Positions 6,467 through 15,986 of a DNA stretch of 32,000 nucleotides are shown here, piece by piece. Under the pieces are notes generated by a model. It had not been told where the DNA came from, did no database searches, and saw nothing but the letters and a program-made list of their open reading frames with translations. The stretch spans positions 960,001 through 992,000 of the forward strand of contig NC_010296.1 in the NCBI RefSeq assembly GCF_000010625.1, written 5' to 3'. Every line of letters begins with the position of its first letter. Positions within the stretch are counted from its first letter, which is position 1. The translations under genes were made by a program, and so were the position numbers. The DNA comes from Microcystis aeruginosa NIES-843 (lineage in GTDB: Bacteria; Cyanobacteriota; Cyanobacteriia; Cyanobacteriales; Microcystaceae).

Positions 6467-9325
6467 TTAGAACTCTCCTTTTAAAGCGGCATTACAGCGC
6501 TCGCAAATAGTGGGATCATCGGCAAATTTTCCCACTTGAGTGGAATAATTCCAACAGCGATCGCATTTTTCGCCCTCTGCTTTGACAATTCCCACCGAAA
6601 CAAAGTCCGATTCTCCTTTATATTCTGCGGTTTGAATCGCGCTAATATCACTAACTAATTCCACTTGGGAAGAGAGAAATAGATAACGCAATTCATCAAC
6701 TTTATTCCCCGTTAAACTATCACAATTGTTGAATAATTCTAACTCCTGTTGTAAGCTTTCATCGGGAACATAAAGTAAAACTTTTGCCTCTAAAGAAGCA
6801 CCGATCGCTTTATCATTTCTGGCAGTTTCCATCACCTTATTAACTTCGGTGCGTAGCTGCCGGAATTTCGCCCATTTATCGGCCAATTCGCGATTATTCC
6901 AAGCAGGATCGATGTTTAGCCATCCTGACTCAAATACTGATAAATAAGGAGTTTTGTAGGGGAGAAATTGCCAGATATCTTCCGCTAGATGAGACAGGAC
7001 AGGAGCGATCGCTTTAGCGAGATTTTCTAAGGCAATAGCATAGACTGTTTGACAACTGCGACGACGGAAAGAATTAGGATCAGAAATATATAAACGATCC
7101 TTAGCGATGTCGATATAAAAGTTAGATAAATCGACAACACAAAAATTCTGTACCGTCTGGAAAAAGCGGAAAAATTGGAAACTTTCAAAAGCTGCCGTTA
7201 CTTCCGTAAACACCTCCGAGATACGATGTAACATATAGCGATCGATCTCCGGTAGATCTTCATAAGCTACCGCATCTTTAACGGGATCAAAATCATTTAA
7301 ACTCCCCAGTAAAAACCTGGCAGTATTACGGATTTTATTACGGATATCTACCAACTGTTTGAGAATATTTTGACCAATATTCACATCATTGGTATAGTCC
7401 ACCGAGGACACCCATAACCGAATCACATCTACCCCATAAGCGGGTTCTTTTTTCTGGTCTTTACCACCATTAATGATCACATTGGGATCGATGACATTCC
7501 CCAGAGATTTACTCATTTTTCGTCCCTGTTCATCCAAAACAAAACCGTGAGTTAACACCGTTTTATAGGGAGCAATACCATTAGCAGCGACACTGGTTAA
7601 TAAACTCGATTGAAACCATCCCCGATGCTGATCCGATCCTTCTAGATACATATCCGCAGGATAACTTAATTCTGGTCGAGCATTAGCCACCGCATTCCAA
7701 CTAGAACCAGAATCAAACCACACATCCATAGTATCCATTCCCTTGCGATAACTGCGACCATTATTGCGATAACTGGGAGGTAACAATTCCTCTACGGATA
7801 ACTCCCACCAAGCATTAGAACCCTTGACCCCAAAGATAGCTTGAACGTGATTAATCGTCTCCTCCGTTAACAGAGGTTCATTCGTTTCTTCGTCATAAAA
7901 AACAGGAATAGGAACCCCCCAACTGCGCTGACGAGAGATACACCAATCGCTTCTTTCACTAACCATAGAAGTGATACGATTCTTACCCGTTGCAGGAATC
8001 CAACGCACCGAATCAATTGCTTCTAAAGCTAATTCCCGGAATCCTTCCACGGAAGCAAACCATTGTTCCGTTGCGCGGAAAATTGTCGGTTTTTTGGTTC
8101 TCCAATCGTAGGGATATTTATGCTGATATGCTTCTTCTTTAAGTAACGCACCCTTTTCTGTCAGTGCTAAAATGATTGCTTCATTAGCATCTTTCAAGAC
8201 ATTTAAACCCGCAAATTGTCCCGCTTCTGCGGTGAAATTTCCCTTATCATCCACGGGAGAAAGTATCGGTAAACCGTAACGTTGACCGACGATATAATCC
8301 TCCTGACCATGGCCAGGGGCCGTATGAACTAATCCGGTACCAGAATCAGTGGTGACATAATCCCCACCGATGAGAATAGCACTTTCTCTGTCAAACAAAG
8401 GATGACGATATTTAGTATGTTCTAATTCCAGACCTTTAACCGTTGCTTTAATCGTCAAAGTCCTGTTAAAAGTGTCGGCCAATTTTTCGACTAAATCCGT
8501 CGCTACAATTAGATAATTAGACTCGCTAGTTTCCACCACTGAATAGTTTAATTCTGGGTTCAATGCGACGGCCAAATTCCCGGGTAAAGTCCAGGGAGTA
8601 GTCGTCCAGATAGCGACGGATAAATTAGGCAAAAATGGCCTTAAAACCGGGGTTGAAACTGACGTAATCGGAAAAGCAACATAGACACTGCGGGAAGTGT
8701 GACCTTCGGGATATTCTAATTCTGCCTCAGCTAAAGCGGTTTGAGAACTAGGACTCCAGTGAACCGGTTTTAGTCCCCGATAAATATAACCTTTCAGGGC
8801 CATTTTTCCGAATACGGCAATTTGAGCGGCCTCGTATTCCGGTTGTAGGGTTAAATAGGGATTTTCCCAGTCTCCCCAGACTCCATACCTTTTGAAACCT
8901 TCACACTGTTCTTTTTGCGTTTGAAGGGCAAAATCGTGGGCTTTCTGACGTAATTTCACAGGGGTTAGACCCTCTTTTTCCGAGCTTTTGAGACTTTGTA
9001 AAACCTTCAGTTCGATCGGCAACCCGTGACAATCCCAACCTGGCACATAGCGCACTTTGTAGCCTTGCAGCAGTTTATATTTATTGATAATGTCTTTGAG
9101 AATTTTATTTAAAGCATGACCGATATGCAGAGACCCGTTAGCGTAGGGTGGTCCATCGTGGAGAATAAATAATTCTTTGGGGTTATTTTGCGCTAATTTC
9201 TCATATATTTGCTCATCTTGCCAGAATTTCTGGATTTCTGGCTCACGTTTACTGGCATTTGCTCGCATATCAAAGTCAGTTTGGGGCAAATTAACGGTAT
9301 CTTTGTAACTTTTAGCGTTGGACAT
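6467..9325 (-). CDS. ileS: Isoleucine--tRNA ligase
   Basis: Class I signatures HIGHALN and KMSKS, a CP1 editing region, and a C-terminal Zn-finger (CDRCWNY...CERC). Length 952 aa. Confidence 0.97.
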   Translation of the reverse strand: MSNAKSYKDTVNLPQTDFDMRANASKREPEIQKFWQDEQIYEKLAQNNPKELFILHDGPPYANGSLHIGHALNKILKDIINKYKLLQGYKVRYVPGWDCHGLPIELKVLQSLKSSEKEGLTPVKLRQKAHDFALQTQKEQCEGFKRYGVWGDWENPYLTLQPEYEAAQIAVFGKMALKGYIYRGLKPVHWSPSSQTALAEAELEYPEGHTSRSVYVAFPITSVSTPVLRPFLPNLSVAIWTTTPWTLPGNLAVALNPELNYSVVETSESNYLIVATDLVEKLADTFNRTLTIKATVKGLELEHTKYRHPLFDRESAILIGGDYVTTDSGTGLVHTAPGHGQEDYIVGQRYGLPILSPVDDKGNFTAEAGQFAGLNVLKDANEAIILALTEKGALLKEEAYQHKYPYDWRTKKPTIFRATEQWFASVEGFRELALEAIDSVRWIPATGKNRITSMVSERSDWCISRQRSWGVPIPVFYDEETNEPLLTEETINHVQAIFGVKGSNAWWELSVEELLPPSYRNNGRSYRKGMDTMDVWFDSGSSWNAVANARPELSYPADMYLEGSDQHRGWFQSSLLTSVAANGIAPYKTVLTHGFVLDEQGRKMSKSLGNVIDPNVIINGGKDQKKEPAYGVDVIRLWVSSVDYTNDVNIGQNILKQLVDIRNKIRNTARFLLGSLNDFDPVKDAVAYEDLPEIDRYMLHRISEVFTEVTAAFESFQFFRFFQTVQNFCVVDLSNFYIDIAKDRLYISDPNSFRRRSCQTVYAIALENLAKAIAPVLSHLAEDIWQFLPYKTPYLSVFESGWLNIDPAWNNRELADKWAKFRQLRTEVNKVMETARNDKAIGASLEAKVLLYVPDESLQQELELFNNCDSLTGNKVDELRYLFLSSQVELVSDISAIQTAEYKGESDFVSVGIVKAEGEKCDRCWNYSTQVGKFADDPTICERCNAALKGEF

Positions 9326-9525
9326 TCTGGCAAACCTATGGATATCAATCGTTTTCGGGATTCATTCCTAAATAACGTCCCTTTGAGAGTCGTTATCTCT
9401 ATTCTGTCACATAATTGTAGTATAAGTATTACAAGTGACAATCATTGATCTATCAGTCTAGCGAGATTGAGTCCAAGAGCAATGATTCCGAAAGGCTATA
9501 ATTCAGTTATTCGAGAATAGGGAGC

Positions 9526-10107
9526 ATGAGGACCATGGTGACGAATCCTAATTTTTTTTATGTCTCTCCAGAAGTGTATCTAGAAGGGGAAAGAGTCAGT
9601 CCGATCAAGCACGAGTACCGAAAAGGACAGATTTATGCGATGGTAGGGGCAAAAAAGCCGCATATCGTTTTATCGGCCAATTTAGCCAAGGTTTTAGGCA
9701 ATCATCTCGATGATAGTCCCTGTCTTGTTCTCACTTCCGATATCAAAGTCCGGTTAGAGGAGGCAAATTGTTATTATTATCCCGATATTGCGGTGGTTTG
9801 TGACGAGAGAGAGATTAACAATACCGATGATTTTATTCTCTATCCCGTTCTGATTATTGAAGTATTATCGAAATCTACGGAATCCTTTGATAGGGGTGAT
9901 AAATTTAGCGATTATCAAACCTGTCCCACCTTAAAAGAATACATTCTTATCCATCAAAACCAGATGAAAATTGAATGTCACCGTCGCGAGGATTCGGGAA
10001 TCTGGAAAGAACAGATCTATGAAGCCGGGGATGCGGTAGAATTCACCACTGTAGGATTCCGGGGATCGATCGCTTCTATCTATCGCAAAGTCCCCGGTTT
10101 GGTATGA
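9526..10107 (+). CDS. Uma2 (DUF820) family PD-(D/E)XK-fold putative endonuclease, divergent paralog
   Basis: YPDIAVVC...LIIEVLSKST...D motif layout typical of the cyanobacterial Uma2 family. Confidence 0.85.
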   Translation: MRTMVTNPNFFYVSPEVYLEGERVSPIKHEYRKGQIYAMVGAKKPHIVLSANLAKVLGNHLDDSPCLVLTSDIKVRLEEANCYYYPDIAVVCDEREINNTDDFILYPVLIIEVLSKSTESFDRGDKFSDYQTCPTLKEYILIHQNQMKIECHRREDSGIWKEQIYEAGDAVEFTTVGFRGSIASIYRKVPGLV

Positions 10108-10266
10108 TTGCCATTCTTTCTTGACATCGCACTTTTATGTCTCTAGGGATAAGGGTAGATCTGTCTCCCTTTGCCTAAAAACCGAGATTATCAAGCATTT
10201 AATTCTATTTGTCAAACCTGTAGGAAGTTTTCCTTTTGGGTAGCTGTCCGTCAATACCAAATTAGG

Positions 10267-10484
10267 TTAGGGTCTGCTGAAAAAGTTTTTCCTAGGGGCA
10301 GGGTGTAGGGTGTGGGGTGTGGGGTGTGGGGTTTTACCGATTTTGAGGGGGTCAATTACCTAATTTTCAGGGAAAAAGTCCCTGAATTTACCCCTGATCA
10401 CTCCCATATCTGGTACTTTTTGAGGGGAAAAAAGTCCAAAAGTCTTATCCAACAAGGTTTTTAGATTTATTCAGCAACCCCTAA
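10267..10484. repeat. ~218-bp MITE-like repeat, copy 1 (second copy at 19950-20168)
   Basis: Near-colinear match to 19950-20168. Imperfect terminal inverted repeats (TTAGGGTCTGCTGAA... / ...TTCAGCAACCCCTAA). An internal GGGGTGT/AGGGTGT heptamer run is present. Confidence 0.65.
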
Positions 10485-10503
10485 TTACTGTCATAATATT
10501 TCT

Positions 10504-10547
10504 CAAAAAAAGAGGAGAAAAAAGCAAGTTCTGCCCTTCTCTCCTCC
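10504..10547 (-). terminator. Rho-independent terminator of the sugar-transferase gene
   Basis: On the minus strand, a GAGGAGAGAA...TTTTCTCCTC stem followed by a T8 run, about 55 nt after the stop at 10608. Confidence 0.6.
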
Positions 10548-10607
10548 AGTCTAGCGATTAATTACATTGAAACAGCAGTGAGTAATTTTTAATTACTATT
10601 CACCGCT

Positions 10608-11339
10608 TTAGTAAGCACCGTTATTTTTGGGAAAAACCACAACACCGATAGTTCTGAAGATTACCCAGATATCGGTTAACCAGTTACGCGAATTAACGTA
10701 ATACACATCCATCTGCACCCGCAGGGGATAGGGTATGTCATTACGTCCCGAAACTTGCCATAAACCAGTCAAACCGGGGCGAATAGTTAAAACTTTGTCG
10801 ATGCGATTGCCATATTTCTGCAATTCTTCGGGAACTAAAGGCCGCGGACCGACGACGCTCATATCTCCTCGCAGGACGTTCCAGAATTGGGGAAACTCGT
10901 CTAAACTGGTTAAGCGGAGAAACTTGCCAATCCAAGTTATACGGGGATCGTCCTTAAGCTTGAAATTATCCTCGAATTCCGCCCGCAGTTGGGGAGAGTC
11001 TTCCATCAGTCTCTCTAATACCTTATCCGCATCCATTACCATAGTACGGAATTTAATACAGTTGAAATGCTGGAAGTTTTGACCGACGCGCTTCTGCACA
11101 TAGAAGACCGGACCGGGGGAACTAATCGCGATCAATAAGGCTAAGATTAAATAAAGCGGCGAAAAGAAAATTAGAACCGATAGGGAGAAAACGATATCGA
11201 ATAATCGTTTTGAGGTATCGCCGTCTAAAGCTATTAACCAAGATTTTTGATGCCGTCTACCAGAGACCGAAGGTTTGAACCCTCGCTTCATCAAAGCTTG
11301 TAGAGCCTTGACGGAGATAAGTTGGCTATTAGCAGTCAT
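10608..11339 (-). CDS. Polyprenyl-phosphate glycosyl-1-phosphate transferase (bacterial sugar transferase family, WbaP/EpsL-like)
   Basis: [10 protein letters not shown]...[10 protein letters not shown]...FRTM...[21 protein letters not shown]...[13 protein letters not shown] is the canonical family core. Confidence 0.9.
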   Translation of the reverse strand: [243 protein letters not shown]

Positions 11340-11457
11340 CTTACTCCTTCACATCACACACACCACACAGTACCCATGATAAAGCCACAAGACCGAAAAA
11401 ACAAGTCTTCAGTCCAATGGCCATTTTAGAGCCTTTGTACTGAACAATCTCTAATTA

Positions 11458-11640
11458 GGGTTTGCGGCAAAAAGTTTGTTGGTGGGGTTAGGAGTCAGCA
11501 GTCAGCATTCAGGAGTCAGTAGTCAGAATTCAGGAGATTATTTTTATTTATTCTCCCCGCTCCCATCTCCCCCGCTCCCCGCTCCCCGCTCCCTTCTCCC
11601 CTGCTCTCCTATACCTTTTAAACAGGATTTAGTATTAAGC
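11458..11640. repeat. Composite heptamer-array repeat with a conserved 23-nt core (inverted copy at 31866-31888)
   Basis: Starts with the same TTAGGGTTTGCGGCAAAAAGTTT end as the 19950 MITE. It then has GTCAG-type heptamers, the core AGGAGATTATTTTTATTTATTCT (11532-11554), and CCCGCTC-type heptamers. Confidence 0.55.
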
Positions 11641-11708
11641 TAAGACGTATTTAAACCGCTTATTCTTAGATTAGCCGAATCTCCCCCCCTTGCCCTACCC
11701 CGACGTGG

Positions 11709-13127
11709 TAGGGTTGATTCATTTAAATTAAGTACAGCGGATTTTGAGTCAATAAATTTGAATGAAAATTCTCAAGTTTATCTTTTTCTAATCAAAAGAG
11801 TTAGTGACAATAACTAATCTTTAATCCTCTGCCAATATTGATTATGAATAAATTGATAAAGCTTGTTCCCAAGCCACTAAAAGCCTATCTCTCTTCAAAT
11901 TGTCTGAGAGTACATCCTGTTAATTTAGCTAATTTTTCTGCTTCTTACGTCGATAAAACTATCAGTTTTTCCCAACGTTCAGCTAACCACCTCTGTCCCT
12001 CTGTTATTGAGAGAAAACCCAAACCTCTGAAAAGATTCAATCCTATAGTTGTGAGAATTGACCAATTGCTGGCCGCTTGAAAATCACTTATCTCGCTTTT
12101 ATCTTCCTCAAAAATTACATCTTTTACCCAATGTAACTGATTTTCTATTTTCCAATGTCCTCGAATAATTTTAGCAAATACTTGGGCGGATTCGGTTAGG
12201 CTACTGATATAGTAAGCTGTTTCTTCATAAGTTTTATCCCCGCGACTACCCCTTCTTTCTACTTTAATAATTCGGCGCAGATTTTCAAACCCTTGTCTTT
12301 CATTTTTCCTCACTTTAAAAACTTCTATTTTTCTGGATATTTTTCGTCCATGACTATTGTCTTGTTCAAGAAAACAACTTTCTGGCTTTGAGGAATTACT
12401 CAGGTCTTGTATTCGCTTATAAAGATTTTTCTGATTTCCTTTAACGGTGATAACATAGTCATTTTTACTCTTGGCTATTAAGCTGATTGTTTTTTTCTGA
12501 CAGTGTAAAGCATCCCCAGTAAAAACTTTATTTTGAAGAGTGCAATCCTCAATTATAGCTTGACCTTCGTCGATTTCAGACCCTTTTTTGTTTTCAATTC
12601 TTTTTAAGTGTAATACCAAGCCACTTTCTTGACTAAACAATGAGACAAACATAATAAAATTTTCTTGTTCATTGTTAGGATTCTTTAGAGTGTTTTTGAG
12701 ACTTTTTCCATCTATGTCTAGCCAATTTATATCACTTCTTTGTCCATATTCTTGTAATGCCCATTCCTTAAACATTTTTAACAAAATCTGCCATTCAACT
12801 CCCATCATTACCCTTCTAATTGTTGAATAGGATGGGACTCTTTCTGGAATTATGTTAAATTCTTGACTGAGCCTGTGCCGATTATTTTTAGCAAACTCTC
12901 CTAGCTCTCTATAACCTGAGTATCCTAGCATTGTTCCCCGTATTATTACTACTAATACTATCCATAAAGGGTGTCTTTTTCCTTTATCTTTCCGAAAGTC
13001 CTTGACTTGTTTCAGTTTTTCTATTAAGCTCAACATATATTTGAAAAGTTGCCGGTCACTCCTCATTTTACAAAGACAGTGATCGCTTTTACTTTTGATA
13101 TTCTGATGGGAGAATGAAACAGCCCTA
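11709..13127 (-). mobile_element. ISAs1-family insertion sequence, 1419 bp, apparently intact
   Basis: 15-bp terminal inverted repeats TAGGGTTGATTCATT (11709-11723) and the reverse complement of 13113-13127, TAGGGCTGTTTCATT (13/15 match). A perfect 10-bp direct repeat CCCGACGTGG flanks it at 11699-11708 and 13128-13137. Confidence 0.8.
11945..13036 (-). CDS. ISAs1-family DDE transposase
   Basis: N-terminal KDFRKDKGKRHPLW and C-terminal RGHWKIENQLHWVKDVIFEEDKS are characteristic of ISAs1/H-repeat transposases. The start is placed at ATG 13036. The track's ORF extends to 13189, beyond the IS end, so that extension is spurious. Confidence 0.85.
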   Translation of the reverse strand: MLSLIEKLKQVKDFRKDKGKRHPLWIVLVVIIRGTMLGYSGYRELGEFAKNNRHRLSQEFNIIPERVPSYSTIRRVMMGVEWQILLKMFKEWALQEYGQRSDINWLDIDGKSLKNTLKNPNNEQENFIMFVSLFSQESGLVLHLKRIENKKGSEIDEGQAIIEDCTLQNKVFTGDALHCQKKTISLIAKSKNDYVITVKGNQKNLYKRIQDLSNSSKPESCFLEQDNSHGRKISRKIEVFKVRKNERQGFENLRRIIKVERRGSRGDKTYEETAYYISSLTESAQVFAKIIRGHWKIENQLHWVKDVIFEEDKSEISDFQAASNWSILTTIGLNLFRGLGFLSITEGQRWLAERWEKLIVLST

Positions 13128-13267
13128 CCCGACGTGGGGGTTGGGGGGTGTTGCCCTTTGCAAGAGTGCCTCTTGCCTCGTCTCAACAAGCAATTTAAAT
13201 TACGAACAGCTTATAGGACGTTTTTGAACCACCAAAAATTAATTATGCAAGAGGTTTAATAAATAAA

Positions 13268-13290
13268 AGGGCATCAGCAAATGATGCCCT
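13268..13290 (-). terminator. Rho-independent terminator downstream of the 13429-14220 gene
   Basis: 9-bp stem AGGGCATCA/TGATGCCCT with a 5-nt loop, followed on the minus strand by TTTTATTTATT. Confidence 0.5.
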
Positions 13291-13428
13291 GTGGCTGAAT
13301 ATTTAAGTAGTTACAGATTTAATCCTAAGGATGAAGTATGCTCTTGTGTGCGCTCGTCTCCTGACTCGGAGAATTCTGACTCCCGAAAACGAAAACTTTA
13401 TACTTCATCATTAAGATAAATCCCCTGC

Positions 13429-14220
13429 TTAGGCAGTGCGTTTTTTCATACTACCTAGTTCTCGAATGCCTAACCAACCGATCAAACTATAGCAAATCGA
13501 TAGCAACATACTTTGAATACCAATTCTTAACCACTGTTTCAAAGCCTCTAAGTTAGCTTGGCTTTCTGCCTGTTTTCGTCGATCTTGCAGCTGAGTTTGT
13601 AGCTGATTTTTGATCTCATCTAATCGCTGTTTAAACTCCTTCGGTTTTTTGGATAAATCCCGTAAATTAGTTAATTGTTCTCTTTGTTGGCGGAGGGTCT
13701 GTAACTGTTCCGTGTTGATCGGTTGTCCTTGGAAACGACCAGTTTCAATCACTTGAGTTCTCTGAGATATCTGCTGTTCTAATAGTTGGGGATTTTGCGA
13801 TAGAGTATTTAACTGGGCTAAGAAAGCCTGAATTTGTCCCTCTCCTTGGTCAACACCCTGTTCAATTTGAGTCAAAGCGTTGTTTTTAATCTGGTTGATA
13901 TTATTGATATGAACAGGAATCATCAACAGAAAAACTAAGCCTAACAGTGTGGAAAGAATAAAAATCGGCCAACGCAATTCAAAGCGGGATTTTCTAGGAA
14001 TGACATCTCTATTGTTAGCGTCAATCCAGTAAGCGATTAAAACGAGAACGATACCCAGGAGAGGAACAATTCCTCGATCGACAAAGGTGGTGACGAACCC
14101 TACCTGCCATTGGGATTGACTGAATCGATAGGGCAGCGGCAGGATAAACCCATCCAAAAGGAAGGAAATAATGAAAACCAATCCCGTTAATTTCAGGGAC
14201 AAAGAAGTAAAGCTGTTCAT
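13429..14220 (-). CDS. Membrane protein with Q-rich coiled-coil loop (possibly HpsJ-like; unsure)
   Basis: Three to four hydrophobic helices at the N-terminus and one at the C-terminus. A long Q/L-rich coiled coil lies between them. Confidence 0.65.
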   Translation of the reverse strand: MNSFTSLSLKLTGLVFIISFLLDGFILPLPYRFSQSQWQVGFVTTFVDRGIVPLLGIVLVLIAYWIDANNRDVIPRKSRFELRWPIFILSTLLGLVFLLMIPVHINNINQIKNNALTQIEQGVDQGEGQIQAFLAQLNTLSQNPQLLEQQISQRTQVIETGRFQGQPINTEQLQTLRQQREQLTNLRDLSKKPKEFKQRLDEIKNQLQTQLQDRRKQAESQANLEALKQWLRIGIQSMLLSICYSLIGWLGIRELGSMKKRTA

Positions 14221-14234
14221 CGAAAAAATGGGTC

Positions 14235-14272
14235 TGAAACCCCGCCCTTTAGCGATAGCGGAGGGCGGCTTT
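14235..14272 (+). repeat. Hairpin repeat of the TGAAACCCCGYCCT family at the IsrB 3' flank
   Basis: TGAAACCCCGCCCT-loop-AGGGCGGCTTT. Related copies are at 15557-15588 (opposite strand), 23062-23092, 25129-25146 (truncated) and 28250-28280. Confidence 0.6.
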
Positions 14273-14279
14273 ATATAAG

Positions 14280-15377
14280 TTAGTGAGAAACAATTAAACC
14301 GTTAGAACGACGGATTAACTGAATCTTGCTAACAGCTATCTGTCCCAATCGTTGACCATTGGTATCGCTTACAGATAGCTGTTTTTCGGTATCTCCACTG
14401 ACATAACCAATTCCTTTGGGAGAAGAAACTAAATCTCCTTTACGGAACCCATGTCCTGTGGTAGAGCCACCATATTTACGTCGTTTACCACCTTTAGAAA
14501 AAACCATCAGGTGAAGTTGACGACGACTAATAGGAGGACGTTTGATGACAGCAAAGGGAGCGTTTGTTACTTTAACAGAACCCTTCCAATCATATCCATG
14601 TCCATTATAATTGTGGAATGGCCAATAATCTAAAAATTGAAAACAGGCAAGAGCAATGCCATCGTTAGCATGGCTTTCTGGTGATTGTTCTGCTTTATTT
14701 TTGGACTTTTCTAGTCCCAAATATTTTCTGAGATTAGAGGTTTGCCAACCAAAGCGAGTATGGACTGTTGCCAATTGAGACAGTTGCTCAATTGCCCATT
14801 TCTGTCCGACCATAACCGACGAGAAACCTTTTCCAGACTTAGCTCCTTTTCTACCGGAAGTTAAATCAACATCGGCTTTGACATACTCAAAGTAAATGTC
14901 AGTAATTGGATAGATTTTGGTTAGTTCGGAAACGACGCGAAGTTCAAGTTGACGATTAGCTCTGATTGAGGGAGCTAATTTTCCTTGTTTTCTATTTGAG
15001 AATCGTTTTTGTCGATGCGCTCTTAGATTAAAAGAAAGTTGGCGGTTAATCCGTCTTTTTCTACGTCCTCTTCGCATTAACCGTCTATTGTCCAGGCGCT
15101 CTTTTACTCGTTTAAAAGGAAGTTCTAAGTGAGCCTTCCAAAGAGTAAAAAGAGAGGATTGAACGCCAATTCCAGAGAATAATTTACCCGGGTCAATACC
15201 AATAGCAATCGGTTGGGTTTTACTATCGGAAGGTTCATCGATTAGCTGGACATAGAAAATACCTAAGTCGTTGAATTTACCGATAGCTTTTCCTTCTTTA
15301 ATCCACCGTCTGGCCCGACTGGGTTTAGTGGGCATCAACGACTTTCCGTCTTTTGAGATAACAGGAACTCTTGCCAT
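14280..15377 (-). CDS. isrB: IsrB-like OMEGA RNA-guided nuclease (IscB relative lacking the HNH insert), 365 aa
   Basis: PLMP-type N-terminus (KSLMPTKPSRARRW), RuvC-I IGIDPGKLFSGIGV, Arg-rich bridge helix RRLMRRGRRKRRINRQ, RuvC-II IYFEYVKADV, RuvC-III ESHANDGIALA, and a C-terminal GFRKGDLV...GYVSG domain. There is no CxxC/HNH segment. An SD (AAGGA) precedes ATG 15377. Confidence 0.8.
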   Translation of the reverse strand: MARVPVISKDGKSLMPTKPSRARRWIKEGKAIGKFNDLGIFYVQLIDEPSDSKTQPIAIGIDPGKLFSGIGVQSSLFTLWKAHLELPFKRVKERLDNRRLMRRGRRKRRINRQLSFNLRAHRQKRFSNRKQGKLAPSIRANRQLELRVVSELTKIYPITDIYFEYVKADVDLTSGRKGAKSGKGFSSVMVGQKWAIEQLSQLATVHTRFGWQTSNLRKYLGLEKSKNKAEQSPESHANDGIALACFQFLDYWPFHNYNGHGYDWKGSVKVTNAPFAVIKRPPISRRQLHLMVFSKGGKRRKYGGSTTGHGFRKGDLVSSPKGIGYVSGDTEKQLSVSDTNGQRLGQIAVSKIQLIRRSNGLIVSH

Positions 15378-15690
15378 GGAGATAATCCTTAAGAGTAAAG
15401 TTAAAGTCCCTTTCCGCAACACAATCAAGATGTCTTGTCTAACAACGCTTTACCAATAAAGCTGAGAGGGAATCCGAACTAGGGAAGCATTCGGAAGTCT
15501 GTGCCAGATTGTGTCTCGATGCGGTAGTCTCTACTTGCGTCGCCTAAATTGGTCTAGGCAAGCTCCGTCCCTTTTAGGGCGGGGTTAGTGACTAGTCTGT
15601 TTAAAAGTTCTCGCTGGGGATTCCCAGAAGGATTTTGCCGAGAGGCACTCTGACAAACTGCAATTTCTAATTAACTCTCGCTCAACCCCC
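15378..15690 (-). ncRNA. Putative omega RNA of the IsrB locus (5' boundary uncertain)
   Basis: About 300 nt of ORF-free sequence directly upstream of isrB carries several hairpins (CTGGGAATCCCCAG; CCCCGCCCTAAAAGGGACGG; TCCGAA...TTCGGA). The position matches the known IscB/IsrB locus layout. Confidence 0.45.
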
Positions 15691-15986
15691 CGCTAAACCC
15701 TATGTCAAATCGTTCTGCTTGTCAACCCCTTTCGAGAATCGACTCTAGAAATATTACCTCAATATGGCATCGGTAAACTTATCCCTGTTAAAGAATAGAT
15801 CTCCTGCAAAAATCAAAAATCTGCCGTTAGGCGAGGAGACGGTCGATAGGAGACGGTCGTCAGGAGGAGAAAAAAGACAATAGACAACTATAATATCGAT
15901 AAAACCTAATATTATGTCAAATTTATCCATTTTTTTAGATATTTTAACCCGATAGTGCCTCGATAACTTACTTTTGCAGCAGGTCT

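Noticed and set aside
10735-11082. ORFs 10735-11082(+) and 10741-10935(-) inside the sugar-transferase gene
   Set aside because: They are nested in or antisense to a gene with complete family motifs, and have no independent support.
13037-13189. Upstream extension of the ISAs1 transposase ORF to 414 aa
   Set aside because: It runs past the IS terminal inverted repeat and the target duplication (IS end at 13127). It therefore cannot belong to the element's gene.
15378-15428. 17-codon N-terminal extension of the IsrB ORF
   Set aside because: IscB/IsrB proteins begin right at the PLMP-type segment. AAGGA precedes ATG 15377. The extension would overlap the predicted omega RNA 3' region.
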